Counted from the stretch's first letter, positions 18,687 to 27,918 are shown. The stretch: 64,000 nucleotides of DNA from an uncultured Candidatus Saccharibacteria bacterium (GCA_964637575.1 CAZWVU010000003.1:1586-65585); one strand, 5' to 3'. The notes: generated from the sequence alone by a model not told the origin. Numbers and translations are program-made.

Positions 18687-18990
18687 TGGAAGTGGCCGGA
18701 ATCGAACCGGCGTACAGGACAATTTCAAATCACCATCGACAAGCTTAAGGTTTGCTCCGGTTTGATTTAGTCCCGGTACGGTACGAAGCGGACCGACCGA
18801 GGACGAGCTTGAGATATAACACCGGTGATGGCCCGATCAAGCATCAGGCCGCCGATGGCTTAGGCAATTACGCGAAAGCTAACGCTAGGTTTTGATTAGC
18901 AATTATTAAGGTTTGCCGTAGTTTTACGAGTTGCGGCAGCTCGACTTGCAGTGGTTTGAAGTGTTGCCCAGTCGAGGCCTGTACACTCCC
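18687..18990 (-). ncRNA. ssrA: tmRNA (SsrA)
   Basis: On the minus strand the 5' end is GGGAGUG…. It pairs with the 3' end …CACUUCCA to form a tRNA-like acceptor with G3:U70. T-arm is GCCGGUUCGAUUCCGGC. An internal ORF, GCU AAU CAA AAC CUA GCG UUA GCU UUC GCG UAA (ANQNLALAFA*), sits after a UAAUU pre-resume context. smpB lies immediately upstream. Confidence 0.8.
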
Positions 18991-18991
18991 A

Positions 18992-19438
18992 TTAGGATTT
19001 CAATGTCCGGCGGATCTCGCGGCTGGTTTCCCTCTTCTTTATAACTTCCCGCTTCTCAAATTGTTTCTTGCCGCGGGCGAGTCCCAGCTCAACCTTGATC
19101 CGACCGGCCTTACTATACAACTTTAAAGGCACTAATGTCAAGCGGTCGGACTTCATTTTCCCGATTAAATAAGTGATTTCTTTCTTGTGTAATAACAAAC
19201 GGCGCGAACGCGTCGGATCGTAGTCCTCCGGAGTATTTTTCGGCTGGTAGGGCGGGATATCGGCGCCGGTGAGCCAGAGCTGATTGTCTTTGACGGTCGC
19301 GAACGCACCGGCGATATTTCCCCGTCCGGCCTTCGCTGACTTCACTTCGTAGCCCTTGAGCTCAACCCCGGCCTCAAAACGCTCCACGATCTCGTAGTTG
19401 AAATACGCTTTTCTATTTTCTGACAATGCTTCGGACAT
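18992..19438 (-). CDS. smpB: SsrA-binding protein SmpB
   Basis: Full-length SmpB homology (…GYEVKS…LLLHKKEI…). Confidence 0.9.
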   Translation of the reverse strand: MSEALSENRKAYFNYEIVERFEAGVELKGYEVKSAKAGRGNIAGAFATVKDNQLWLTGADIPPYQPKNTPEDYDPTRSRRLLLHKKEITYLIGKMKSDRLTLVPLKLYSKAGRIKVELGLARGKKQFEKREVIKKRETSREIRRTLKS

Positions 19439-19496
19439 AGTTTTGATTATAGGGGATTTTTTGCTAGGCTCCCAGTAGTACTTTCAAAGGTGGCAG

Positions 19497-19910
19497 ATGA
19501 AAACAGCGCGCGTGGCATTTCTGGGATTGCTCGGAATCGTGATTTTTTTGGCGGGTTGCTGCGGCGGATCTTCTTTCGATCCGGAAAAAGAAAAAACCTC
19601 GGCGGCCGGTAGGCCGGCCTGGAATTCCGGCGAGGCGATCGTATCCGGCCGGATCCTTCGTGACAAAACGAAAAAAACTTTCTCAACTGGGTGGGGATTT
19701 CGCGGCGGCGAGAAAGAACAAGCGGCCTACTACCTGCTTAAGACCTACCCGAAAGAGTTTGACGACCCATTCAACGCGTCGTTTATGAATGAGCGTCGCG
19801 CCACGCTCAAGCTGGAACTTGGCAGCAAAGGAGGCGGCACGCTGGCCGATCCAATCCCTGCCGAAATTACGGATATCGTGGACATCAGCCGCCGCCTTGA
19901 CGGCAACTAG
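19497..19910 (+). CDS. Lipoprotein (hypothetical)
   Basis: Signal peptide with lipobox LAGC; RBS AAAGGTGG. Confidence 0.5.
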   Translation: MKTARVAFLGLLGIVIFLAGCCGGSSFDPEKEKTSAAGRPAWNSGEAIVSGRILRDKTKKTFSTGWGFRGGEKEQAAYYLLKTYPKEFDDPFNASFMNERRATLKLELGSKGGGTLADPIPAEITDIVDISRRLDGN

Positions 19911-19949
19911 CCGTGGCAGTAATCTTCCGGCAGAACCTTTGGAGGCATT

Positions 19950-20321
19950 ATGAGCAAGTTGGTCATTGCGCTCGCAGCGGTGGCAATGGTGTTCGGATCC
20001 GGCTGTTCCTCAGAACCGTCGGCAAGCGAATGCTTCAAGCCATTTGGCGCTGCCGCTTTTCCTGACGGGCAGGTGGTGGTCGCGGAAGGCAACGTTCTTC
20101 AGAACCCCTCAAACAGCCTCTGGTTCGTGGCTGATCAAAAAAGCGGCCAGTTCTATACTTTAATGTATTCGGGAGCGCCCGAGGTAGGCAAAAAATACTC
20201 TGATTACTTTGTGGCGAAGATGAAGCTTCGCGTGCTGCCAGAGTCGCTGGCCGACAAGGATGGGCCAGTCGCGGAAGTGGTGGAAGTGCTGGCTATTGAG
20301 AAAGTTCCCCGCAAGAAATGA
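19950..20321 (+). CDS. Lipoprotein (hypothetical)
   Basis: Lipobox FGSGC; GGAGG RBS. Confidence 0.55.
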   Translation: MSKLVIALAAVAMVFGSGCSSEPSASECFKPFGAAAFPDGQVVVAEGNVLQNPSNSLWFVADQKSGQFYTLMYSGAPEVGKKYSDYFVAKMKLRVLPESLADKDGPVAEVVEVLAIEKVPRKK

Positions 20322-20403
20322 AACTAGATTCCCTGACCGCCCGTGTGGCGGTTTTTCTTTTTGCCTGCTATATTGTTGGCAGTACTTTTTGGAGGTATCG
20401 GTC

Positions 20404-20859
20404 GTGAAAAACTTTCTGTGGCTCGCTGTGGGCACCTTGGGCATGTTCTTATTCGCCGGGCTTAGCGCTATTGTTGGCTACCATATGGGTAAGGAAGCGA
20501 AGGTTTCGCCGGCACCCGAAGCTGTCCAGCAGGACGAAGGGAAGCCAATTACCGGGACTGTCTGGTACAGCGAGCTGGACAAGGCCTGGAAGATCCAGAA
20601 CTTTGAGGATTTTAGCGGCAACCCGATCCGTCTTTCCAAGACCGAATCACTGGAGCGCCTGGTAGAAAGCAGAAAAAGATGGGAAGCTCGCCACGACCCC
20701 TGCTGCACATTTGTTGCCGGCTTGTACGTCCGGTATCTGAAGAGCAACGAAGAACCGAAGCCGGGAAGCCGCCAGAATTGTGAAATCATCAGAGTTGATT
20801 TTGTAAAAACTGATTTCTGCTTCCACTGTGAGCACACGGACAAAGCGCGCAGAGAATAG
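20404..20859 (+). CDS. Membrane-anchored hypothetical protein
   Basis: GTG start 8 nt after GGAGG; N-terminal TM; Cys-rich C-terminus. Terminator at 20868-20896. Confidence 0.4.
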   Translation: MKNFLWLAVGTLGMFLFAGLSAIVGYHMGKEAKVSPAPEAVQQDEGKPITGTVWYSELDKAWKIQNFEDFSGNPIRLSKTESLERLVESRKRWEARHDPCCTFVAGLYVRYLKSNEEPKPGSRQNCEIIRVDFVKTDFCFHCEHTDKARRE

Positions 20860-20867
20860 AGTTTTTA

Positions 20868-20896
20868 CAAAGCCCTACGAAAGTAGGGCTTTTTCA
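20868..20896 (+). terminator. Rho-independent terminator
   Basis: aaagccctacgaaagtagggcttttt. Confidence 0.7.
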
Positions 20897-20911
20897 TTTA
20901 TAATTAAGCCA

Positions 20912-22471
20912 ATGATTCAGAGGATTGAAGCAGTGATAAAAAAAGTAGTGGGCGAGAAGAAATTTCTGGTGACGGCTTCGGATAAGCCGGAATTCGGGCA
21001 TTATTCTACCAACGTCGCGTTTCAGATCCCGGGAAATACGGAGGATCTGGCCAAAAAAATTTTTGAAGCGGGCAAGGATCTTTTTGAAAAAGTGGAAGCC
21101 AAAGGAAAATTTATCAACTTCTGGCTTTCGCACAACGCGCTCGTGGAAGGCGTCGCGGAAGCGGTAAAACCGAAACTGAAAGCCGATAAAAAGCTGAAAA
21201 TAAACCTGGAGTTCGTCTCCGCCAACCCGACCGGACCGCTGACCATGGCCAACGGACGCGGCGGTTTTCTCGGTGACGCGCTGGCGAATGTCTTGGAAGC
21301 GGTCGGCCACAAGGTTACGCGTGAATACTATATAAATGACGCCGGGAATCAGGTACGCCTGCTCGGCGAGAGCGTGCTTGCCACGCTGGGAAAGACGGAA
21401 TCCAAAGAAGGGCATTACAAAGGAGAGTATGTAAAATCCCTCGCCAAAGAACTGGAGAAAAAAATAAAAAACAACGATGCGATGAAGGCGGGTCAACTGG
21501 CGGCGGCGGCTTTATTGAAAGAAATCCAGCAATCACTGAAAAAAGCCGGCATCAACTACGACGTCTGGTTTTCGGAGCAGAAAAATCTTCGGCAAAAAGA
21601 CGAGATCCAAAAAGTTCTGGACATGTTGGATACATCTGGCTTGGTGGAAAAGAAGGAGGGCGCGGTCTGGTTAAAAAGCCCCGACATTTCCGAGGATAAA
21701 GACCGTGTGCTGGTGAAGTCCGACGGTAATCCGACATATTTTCTCGCGGACACAGCGTATCATTACGACAAATTTATAAAACGGAAATTTGATCTCGTGA
21801 TAGATATCTGGGGCGCCGATCACCATGGCTATGTGGCGCGGCTGAAGAGCGGCGTGAAGGCAGTCGGCGTCGACCCGGGCCGCTTGAAGATTCTGATTAC
21901 CCAGCTGGTGCGGCTCACGGAGAACGGCCAGGAGGTGAAGATGTCCAAGCGGACGGGAACATTCGTGACGATGGATGAACTGATTGAAGAGGTCGGCTCT
22001 GACGCCGCGCGGTTCTTCTTCCTGATGCACGCGCCGGAAACGCATATGGATTTTGATCTGGCGCTCGCGAAAGAGAAGTCGCAGAAGAATCCGGTCTACT
22101 ACGCGCAGTACGCGTATGTGCGATGTGGCAGCATAATTACCAAGGCTCTAAATTTGAAATTTAAAATTAAAAATTTAAAATTGAGTTCGGATTGGGACTT
22201 GCTCAAGGCGGAGAGCGAGCTTCAGCTCATGCGCGAGCTGGTGAAGCTGCCGGATCTCATCTGGCAGACGGCGCAGGATTATCAGGTGAGCCGCCTTGCG
22301 CGCTACGCACTGGAAGTTGCGCGCGGACTCAACAACTTCTATGAAAAAGAGCGGGTGATCATTGACGATAAAGAACTCATGAGTGCGCGGCTCGGCCTCG
22401 TGGCCGCGACACGGGAAGTCCTCGCCAAAGTTTTGGATCTGCTGGGACTTTCCAAGCCAGAGCGGATGTAA
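20912..22471 (+). CDS. argS: Arginyl-tRNA synthetase
   Basis: Class I aaRS with ArgRS-specific anticodon-binding C-terminus (…YAQYAYVRCGSII…). Contains a ~33 nt AT-rich in-frame insert at 22150-22183 (LNLKFKIKNLKL). Confidence 0.9.
   Translation: MIQRIEAVIKKVVGEKKFLVTASDKPEFGHYSTNVAFQIPGNTEDLAKKIFEAGKDLFEKVEAKGKFINFWLSHNALVEGVAEAVKPKLKADKKLKINLEFVSANPTGPLTMANGRGGFLGDALANVLEAVGHKVTREYYINDAGNQVRLLGESVLATLGKTESKEGHYKGEYVKSLAKELEKKIKNNDAMKAGQLAAAALLKEIQQSLKKAGINYDVWFSEQKNLRQKDEIQKVLDMLDTSGLVEKKEGAVWLKSPDISEDKDRVLVKSDGNPTYFLADTAYHYDKFIKRKFDLVIDIWGADHHGYVARLKSGVKAVGVDPGRLKILITQLVRLTENGQEVKMSKRTGTFVTMDELIEEVGSDAARFFFLMHAPETHMDFDLALAKEKSQKNPVYYAQYAYVRCGSIITKALNLKFKIKNLKLSSDWDLLKAESELQLMRELVKLPDLIWQTAQDYQVSRLARYALEVARGLNNFYEKERVIIDDKELMSARLGLVAATREVLAKVLDLLGLSKPERM
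22150..22183 (+). repeat. AT-rich short repeat element (in-frame within argS)
   Basis: aaatttgaaatttaaaattaaaaatttaaaatt. A near-identical 20-mer aaatttaaaattaaaaattt recurs in tsaD; related copies sit at 7826-7856, 28936-29040 and 45509-45612. Confidence 0.6.
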
Positions 22472-22646
22472 TACACGTCCGTCATCGCGAGGCCGGAGGC
22501 CGTGGCGATCTTACAATAATCCTAATTTATAAATAGCTTTAATGTAAGATTGCTTCGCTGCGCTCGATGACAAAGAGCTTGCATCACCCTTGTTAATTGT
22601 TATTTTTAGTTATATTCTGTAGCCAGCTTTTTGAAGGAGGCCATTG

Positions 22647-22897
22647 TGTCAGCTTGGTGGATCGTGTGGATTCTTGGAGGAATTTTCACTTTCGGCTGGG
22701 TAAAGGGAACAATAAGAAATGGCTTGAAATTCAGCGGTCAGCGGTGGCGTTGGTGGCAGAATATTATATGTTTTGGTTCTGCTATTGTCTGGCACTTCAC
22801 TGTTCTCGCGCTTTGCTTGCTGCGGCTCACAGAACACAAGGTATTTCGCTTCGGCTTCTGTTTCCGGATGCCCAAGGAGTTTTGCGAGAGGAGGTAG
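22647..22897 (+). CDS. Small membrane protein (hypothetical)
   Basis: GAAGGAGG RBS then GTG; Trp-rich TM helix. Confidence 0.4.
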
Positions 22898-22899
22898 CA

Positions 22900-23151
22900 A
22901 TGATCGCGTGGGGGATCGCGCTTCTAATTTTCTGGGTGACGTGCGGAGTGATGGGCTACGGTTACTGCAAATACTGTTGGTTGGATTATCTCGCGCGGCA
23001 TCCGGAGCTTGGCCGTTTTGGCATGACGCACCTGTTTCGGTGCTTATTCGTCAGCCTGCTCGGTCCGGCATGGATTTTTCTGGCGATCAAAAAGCGGCTG
23101 GAGGAAGGTGTGCGGATCCGGTTCTGCTACAAAGAAAAAAGTCCCGACTAA
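22900..23151 (+). CDS. Small membrane protein (hypothetical, tandem paralogue-like)
   Basis: GGAGG RBS then ATG; similar layout to the preceding ORF. Terminator at 23138-23170. Confidence 0.4.
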   Translation: MIAWGIALLIFWVTCGVMGYGYCKYCWLDYLARHPELGRFGMTHLFRCLFVSLLGPAWIFLAIKKRLEEGVRIRFCYKEKSPD

Positions 23152-23168
23152 GTCGGGACTTTTATTTT

Positions 23169-23975
23169 TCAGCGTTTCAATCGGAGCATCATTCCGATGC
23201 CGATGGCGTCGCGGTTCACGCCCGCTACTTCGTAGTAGTCCACCGAGATGAAGCCGGCGACGAAATCGGTGAAGTTGTAGATGAACTCCCCCGAGACGCC
23301 ACAACGATGGTGGATGTGCCCATATTGGATATACGGCTTAAGCTCAAAGCCGAAATCATAGATCCCGCCCACGATCGGAAACGCGGTCATCGCGAAGGCG
23401 TTCTCCTCACCGGGACCGTAGGTGGACTTTTCCAGGATCGGCGCCCGGTTGCTGGAAAACCAGCAGGGCTCGAAAGAGGCTCGGATCCAGCAGCGCTGAT
23501 CGAAGTCGATCTTCGGCAAGTCGAATCTCGCGAGCAGCCAGTTCTGATCGTGGCCATAGTACTTGGCGGCATTTACGTCGATGTTGTGCCAGCTGTGATG
23601 GCCATACCCCACGCTGATCCATTCCACCGGCGTCTCATAGCGGGCCTCACCCATCAGGCCGATCCGCGAGATCCATTGATTCTCGCCGATCCAGGCGTAG
23701 GGTTCCACGTCCAAAGTGATACCCCAGAAGAGGTTACTCCGGACGATCAGATCCATCTGCTCGCCGGCCACGTGGCTGTAGCCGCTGTAATCATCCAGCA
23801 TCCGGTTGGGGATGGTGCTCTGGACGAAATATTCGCCGCGCACGTCGACGGAAGCGGTGAAATTTTCCCGGTTCTTGTCCGTGGGATAATCATCCACGAA
23901 CACCTGGGTCTGGGCCATGGCCGTGAGCGGCATTACAAGGAAGCAGGCCAGCACAATCACATAGCGCATAGGCAT
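23169..23975 (-). CDS. Secreted hypothetical protein, aromatic-rich
   Basis: Signal peptide ends …LTAMAQTQ; Trp/Tyr-rich body. No recognised domain. Confidence 0.5.
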   Translation of the reverse strand: MPMRYVIVLACFLVMPLTAMAQTQVFVDDYPTDKNRENFTASVDVRGEYFVQSTIPNRMLDDYSGYSHVAGEQMDLIVRSNLFWGITLDVEPYAWIGENQWISRIGLMGEARYETPVEWISVGYGHHSWHNIDVNAAKYYGHDQNWLLARFDLPKIDFDQRCWIRASFEPCWFSSNRAPILEKSTYGPGEENAFAMTAFPIVGGIYDFGFELKPYIQYGHIHHRCGVSGEFIYNFTDFVAGFISVDYYEVAGVNRDAIGIGMMLRLKR

Positions 23976-24073
23976 CCCTTCTCAAGGTACTTGTGGGGCA
24001 TACTATTATAAAGAATGGCTTTTGTAAATGACGGGCGTTGTAAGGAGGCGGAAATTTCATTACTATCAAGAAT

Positions 24074-27000
24074 ATGTTGAAAGGGCTCAAGCAGTTCAAT
24101 CTTCCTGAACTTGAGGAAAAGGTGCTGAAATTCTGGAAAGACCACAATATTTTCGGGAAGTCGCTCGAGCTTCGCGGAAAAGCGAAGCCTTTCCGGTTTT
24201 TTGAAGGGCCTCCGACCGCCAACGGCCGTCCGGGCCTCCATCATGTGCTCGCCCGGGCCTTCAAAGATATCATCTGCCGTTATAAGCAGATGAAGGGTTT
24301 TTTCGTGCTCCGGCGCGCCGGTTGGGACACGCACGGATTGCCGGTGGAAATTGAGGTGGAAAAAAAGCTCGGGATCAAACACAAGCAGGAAATTGAAAAA
24401 TTCGGCATCGCGGAATTCAACGCCCAGGCGAAAATGTCCGTCTGGACGTACAAAAGCGACTGGGAAAAACTTACCGAACGCATCGGCTTCTGGCTCGACT
24501 TCGATCATCCCTACATTACCTATGACAACAAATACATTGAATCGCTCTGGTGGGTGTTTTCGGAAATCGACAAACGCGGCCTGCTGAACAAGCTTCACAA
24601 AATCGTGCCGTGGTGCCCGCGCTGCCAGACGGCGCTTTCCAATCACGAACTCGGCCAGCCCGGCGCGTACCGGACCGCCAAAGACCCGTCGGTCTATGTG
24701 AAATTCCGGCTTAAGGGAAAGTCCGCCAAAGGCGGATCGGCCTCCGGTGGAAAAAAGGAACATGAATATCTGCTGGTCTGGACGACGACGCCCTGGACCC
24801 TGCCCGCGAATGTCGCGGTGGCAGTGAATCCCGGCCTCACCTATACCAAATATAAAGTGGGCGACGAATTTTACTGGAGCTATCATACCCCGCCGGTCCA
24901 CGCCGGAAAGGACGGGCGCAAGGAGGAGATGGAAGTAGTGGAAAAACTTTCCGGGAAAAAACTGGTGGGCGAGCAGTATGAGCCCCTCTATCCGAATGAG
25001 GGTGCTCACGAGGTGCTTGGCGCGGGCTTTGTTTCCACCGAAGAAGGGACGGGACTGGTGCACATCGCGCCGGCGTACGGCGAAGACGATCTGCGGGTTG
25101 CCGGCAAGGGGCCGGTGCCGGTTACCATTAACGACGAGGGGAAGATGCTCAAAGGATTTCCAGGCGCCGGGAAATTCATCAAGCAGGCCGACGATGATAT
25201 TATTGCCGATCTGGAAGCGCGCGGGTTTTTATACTCCAAGAGCACCATCGAACACGAATATCCGTTTTGCTGGCGCTGTTCCACGCCGCTTATTTATTTC
25301 GCGCGCAAATCCTGGTTCATCGAGATCAGTAAGCTCAACAAGGAAATGCTGGAAGCGAACCAGAAGATCAACTGGATTCCCGAACATATCAAAGAGGGGC
25401 GTTTCGGCGAGTGGCTGAAAGATCCGAAAGACTGGTCCATTGCCCGTAACCGCTATTGGGGAACGCCGTTGCCGATCTGGGAGTGCGAAAAAAATCAGGA
25501 GCACCGGCTGTTTGTCGGTTCGCTCGAGGACCTGGATACGCACGCGTATAACCGCAACCGGTATTTTGTCGCCCGGCACTGCGAGGGGGAGCATAACGTA
25601 GCGGGCGTGCTTGCGTCCGGTCCGGAAAAAAACGGTCACGGCGCCAGACTGACGGAAAAAGGAACGGTGCAGGCGGAGAAGATCGCCATGGCGCTGAAAA
25701 AACCGGGCATCGACGTCATTTATTCCTCGCCGCTCAAGCGGGCGGTGGAAACCGCGAAGATTATTTCCAAAGCGACCGGCGCGCCGGTAAAAACAGACAA
25801 GCGTCTCAGTGAAGTCGAATTTGGCACGTTTAACGGAAGTCCGGTCGGAAAATACTGGGAATTTTTCGCGAATGACGCCGAGCGGTTCGTCAAAGCTCCT
25901 CCCGGAGGCGAGAATCTTAGCGATGTAAAAAAGCGGATGATCGAATTCTGGAAGGAAATTGACTCTGAAAACAGCGGAAAGAATATTCTGATCGTCAGCC
26001 ACGGCGATCCGATCTGGGTGATGGAGGGGGCAATGAGCGGCCTGAATAATCAGGAGATTGAAAAAGCCCCATATCTTAAGGTGGGCGAATACCGGGAAAC
26101 CGAATATCACAACTGGCCATTTTCCCAGGAGGGAGCGCTGGATATCCACCGGCCGTTCGTCGACGCGGTAATTTTGAAATGTCCGGAATGCGGCGAAAAA
26201 ATGCGGAGAATCAAGGAGGTAGCCGACGTCTGGTTCGACTCGGGCGCCATGCCGTTCGCCCAGTGGCACTATCCTTTCGAAAATAAAAAGCTGATCGATT
26301 CCGGCGCGCAGTTTCCGGCCGATTACATCGCCGAAGGAATGGATCAGACGCGTGGCTGGTTCTACACCCTTCTTGCCGTGTCCGTCCTGCTGGAACGCGG
26401 GTTGGCGTACCGCAACGTGATTTCGTTCGGATTGTTGCTGGATAAGAACGGGCAGAAGATGTCCAAATCAAAAGGTAACGTGGTGGACCCCTGGGATGTG
26501 ATTAAAAAATACGGCGCCGACGCGGTGCGCTGGTATTTCTATACCGTGAACGCGCCGGGTGAATATAAAAAATTTGACGAGCTCGATCTCGGCAAAACGC
26601 TCCGCAAAGTCTTTCTTCTCGCGTACAACTCGTTTGCGTTTTATCAGTTAAACAGCGACGCGAAAGACAAGCCGATCGCGGTATTGGACGAGTGGATTCT
26701 CGCCAGAACCCATCAGACAATAGAGGGGACCACCGCCAGATTGGAGCACTACGACGTCGGCGGCGCGGCCAAGCTCATCGAAGAGCTGGTGGATGACTGT
26801 TCCCGGTGGTACATCCGCCGGTCCCGGAAAAACGTATCGCCAAAAACCCTTGCGCTGGTACTGGGAGAGATTGCCAAATTAATGGCTCCCTTCGCGCCGT
26901 TTTTCAGCGAGGGACTCTATAAGTCGCTGACGGCCGACCCGAAGGCATCCGTTCACCTTGCCGACTGGCCGAAAGCCGACAAAAAGAAGATTAATAAAAA

Positions 27001-27499
27001 AATGCTCGAAGCCATGGCGGAAGTGCGCCGCGTTGCCAGCCTTGGTCTTTCCGAACGCGAAAAAGCGGGCATCAAGGTGCGCCAGCCGCTGGCCGCGTTA
27101 AAAGTAAAAAGTAAAAAGTTAAAAATTGCCGACAAGGAACTTCTGGAAATCCTGAAGGATGAAGTAAACGTAAAAGAGGTGGTTTTTGACCCGAAGATCC
27201 AGGGCGAGGTGGAGCTGGATACGAACATCACCGCCGAATTGAAAAATGAAGGAATCCTCCGCGATCTTGCCCGGACCATTCAGGGACTCCGCCATGACGC
27301 AAAATATCAGCCCAAGGACGCCATCGCGCTATTGCTTGATCTTCCCCCCGAGCTTCTGAAGATAATCGAAGTGCATGAGTCCACGCTTAAGAATATGGTG
27401 CATGCGAAGCAGGTAATATACCGCCGCGAAAAATTCGATGCGGAACTTTCAACCAAGCTGGACGATGCGGATATCTGGGTTGCGGTAAGAAAGGCCTAG
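24074..27499 (+). CDS. ileS: Isoleucyl-tRNA synthetase with inserted histidine-phosphatase (PGM-family) domain
   Basis: Class I motifs are present (P.TANGRPGLHHVL as HIGH-like; KMSKS at ~26460). A ~195 aa insert at ~25540-26130 carries RHCEGEHN, SSPLKRAVETA and IVSHGDPI. Confidence 0.9.
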   Translation: MLKGLKQFNLPELEEKVLKFWKDHNIFGKSLELRGKAKPFRFFEGPPTANGRPGLHHVLARAFKDIICRYKQMKGFFVLRRAGWDTHGLPVEIEVEKKLGIKHKQEIEKFGIAEFNAQAKMSVWTYKSDWEKLTERIGFWLDFDHPYITYDNKYIESLWWVFSEIDKRGLLNKLHKIVPWCPRCQTALSNHELGQPGAYRTAKDPSVYVKFRLKGKSAKGGSASGGKKEHEYLLVWTTTPWTLPANVAVAVNPGLTYTKYKVGDEFYWSYHTPPVHAGKDGRKEEMEVVEKLSGKKLVGEQYEPLYPNEGAHEVLGAGFVSTEEGTGLVHIAPAYGEDDLRVAGKGPVPVTINDEGKMLKGFPGAGKFIKQADDDIIADLEARGFLYSKSTIEHEYPFCWRCSTPLIYFARKSWFIEISKLNKEMLEANQKINWIPEHIKEGRFGEWLKDPKDWSIARNRYWGTPLPIWECEKNQEHRLFVGSLEDLDTHAYNRNRYFVARHCEGEHNVAGVLASGPEKNGHGARLTEKGTVQAEKIAMALKKPGIDVIYSSPLKRAVETAKIISKATGAPVKTDKRLSEVEFGTFNGSPVGKYWEFFANDAERFVKAPPGGENLSDVKKRMIEFWKEIDSENSGKNILIVSHGDPIWVMEGAMSGLNNQEIEKAPYLKVGEYRETEYHNWPFSQEGALDIHRPFVDAVILKCPECGEKMRRIKEVADVWFDSGAMPFAQWHYPFENKKLIDSGAQFPADYIAEGMDQTRGWFYTLLAVSVLLERGLAYRNVISFGLLLDKNGQKMSKSKGNVVDPWDVIKKYGADAVRWYFYTVNAPGEYKKFDELDLGKTLRKVFLLAYNSFAFYQLNSDAKDKPIAVLDEWILARTHQTIEGTTARLEHYDVGGAAKLIEELVDDCSRWYIRRSRKNVSPKTLALVLGEIAKLMAPFAPFFSEGLYKSLTADPKASVHLADWPKADKKKINKKMLEAMAEVRRVASLGLSEREKAGIKVRQPLAALKVKSKKLKIADKELLEILKDEVNVKEVVFDPKIQGEVELDTNITAELKNEGILRDLARTIQGLRHDAKYQPKDAIALLLDLPPELLKIIEVHESTLKNMVHAKQVIYRREKFDAELSTKLDDADIWVAVRKA

Positions 27500-27533
27500 T
27501 GGTAGGCTTTCGCCAGAACTTTTGAGGTGAATT

Positions 27534-27887
27534 ATGGACAATGCAAAGCCGCTGATTTCCGGCGCGGTGTTTTGTCTCTGCGTCGCGGCCACGGCGTTGT
27601 GCGGAATGACCATATCCGAAGATTTCCCCTGGGCATTTATGCTGTATGGAAGCGGGGCAGGAGCGCTGATCGGCCTTAAAACCGACGTGAAGGAATACGG
27701 CTGGCCGGCGATGTACGGCGTTCTCGGAGCGCTTCTCGCGGCGATGGTTCTTTTCGGACGGCAGCACGTGCTGTGGTTTGCCGCGATGCTCTTCATCGCC
27801 CTCGCCGCCGCCTCGGTGCTGCTCGCGAAAAAGTTCATCACTGGCGTGCAGGAGCAGTATCGGAGCAGTCTGAAAATCCCCCGTTAA
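27534..27887 (+). CDS. Small membrane protein (hypothetical)
   Basis: 117 aa, 3-4 TM; followed by terminator aaatcccccgttaacgggggattttttt (27874-27902). Confidence 0.45.
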   Translation: MDNAKPLISGAVFCLCVAATALCGMTISEDFPWAFMLYGSGAGALIGLKTDVKEYGWPAMYGVLGALLAAMVLFGRQHVLWFAAMLFIALAAASVLLAKKFITGVQEQYRSSLKIPR

Positions 27888-27918
27888 CGGGGGATTTTTT
27901 TGTGGTCCTTCGACGCGT

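Noticed and set aside
23976-24073. T-box riboswitch upstream of ileS (and other aaRS genes)
   Set aside because: No AANNNGGGTGGNACCGCG-like T-box sequence or specifier-loop architecture was seen upstream of ileS, trpS, tyrS or argS.
23957-25063. 368 aa minus-strand ORF
   Set aside because: Antisense to ileS.
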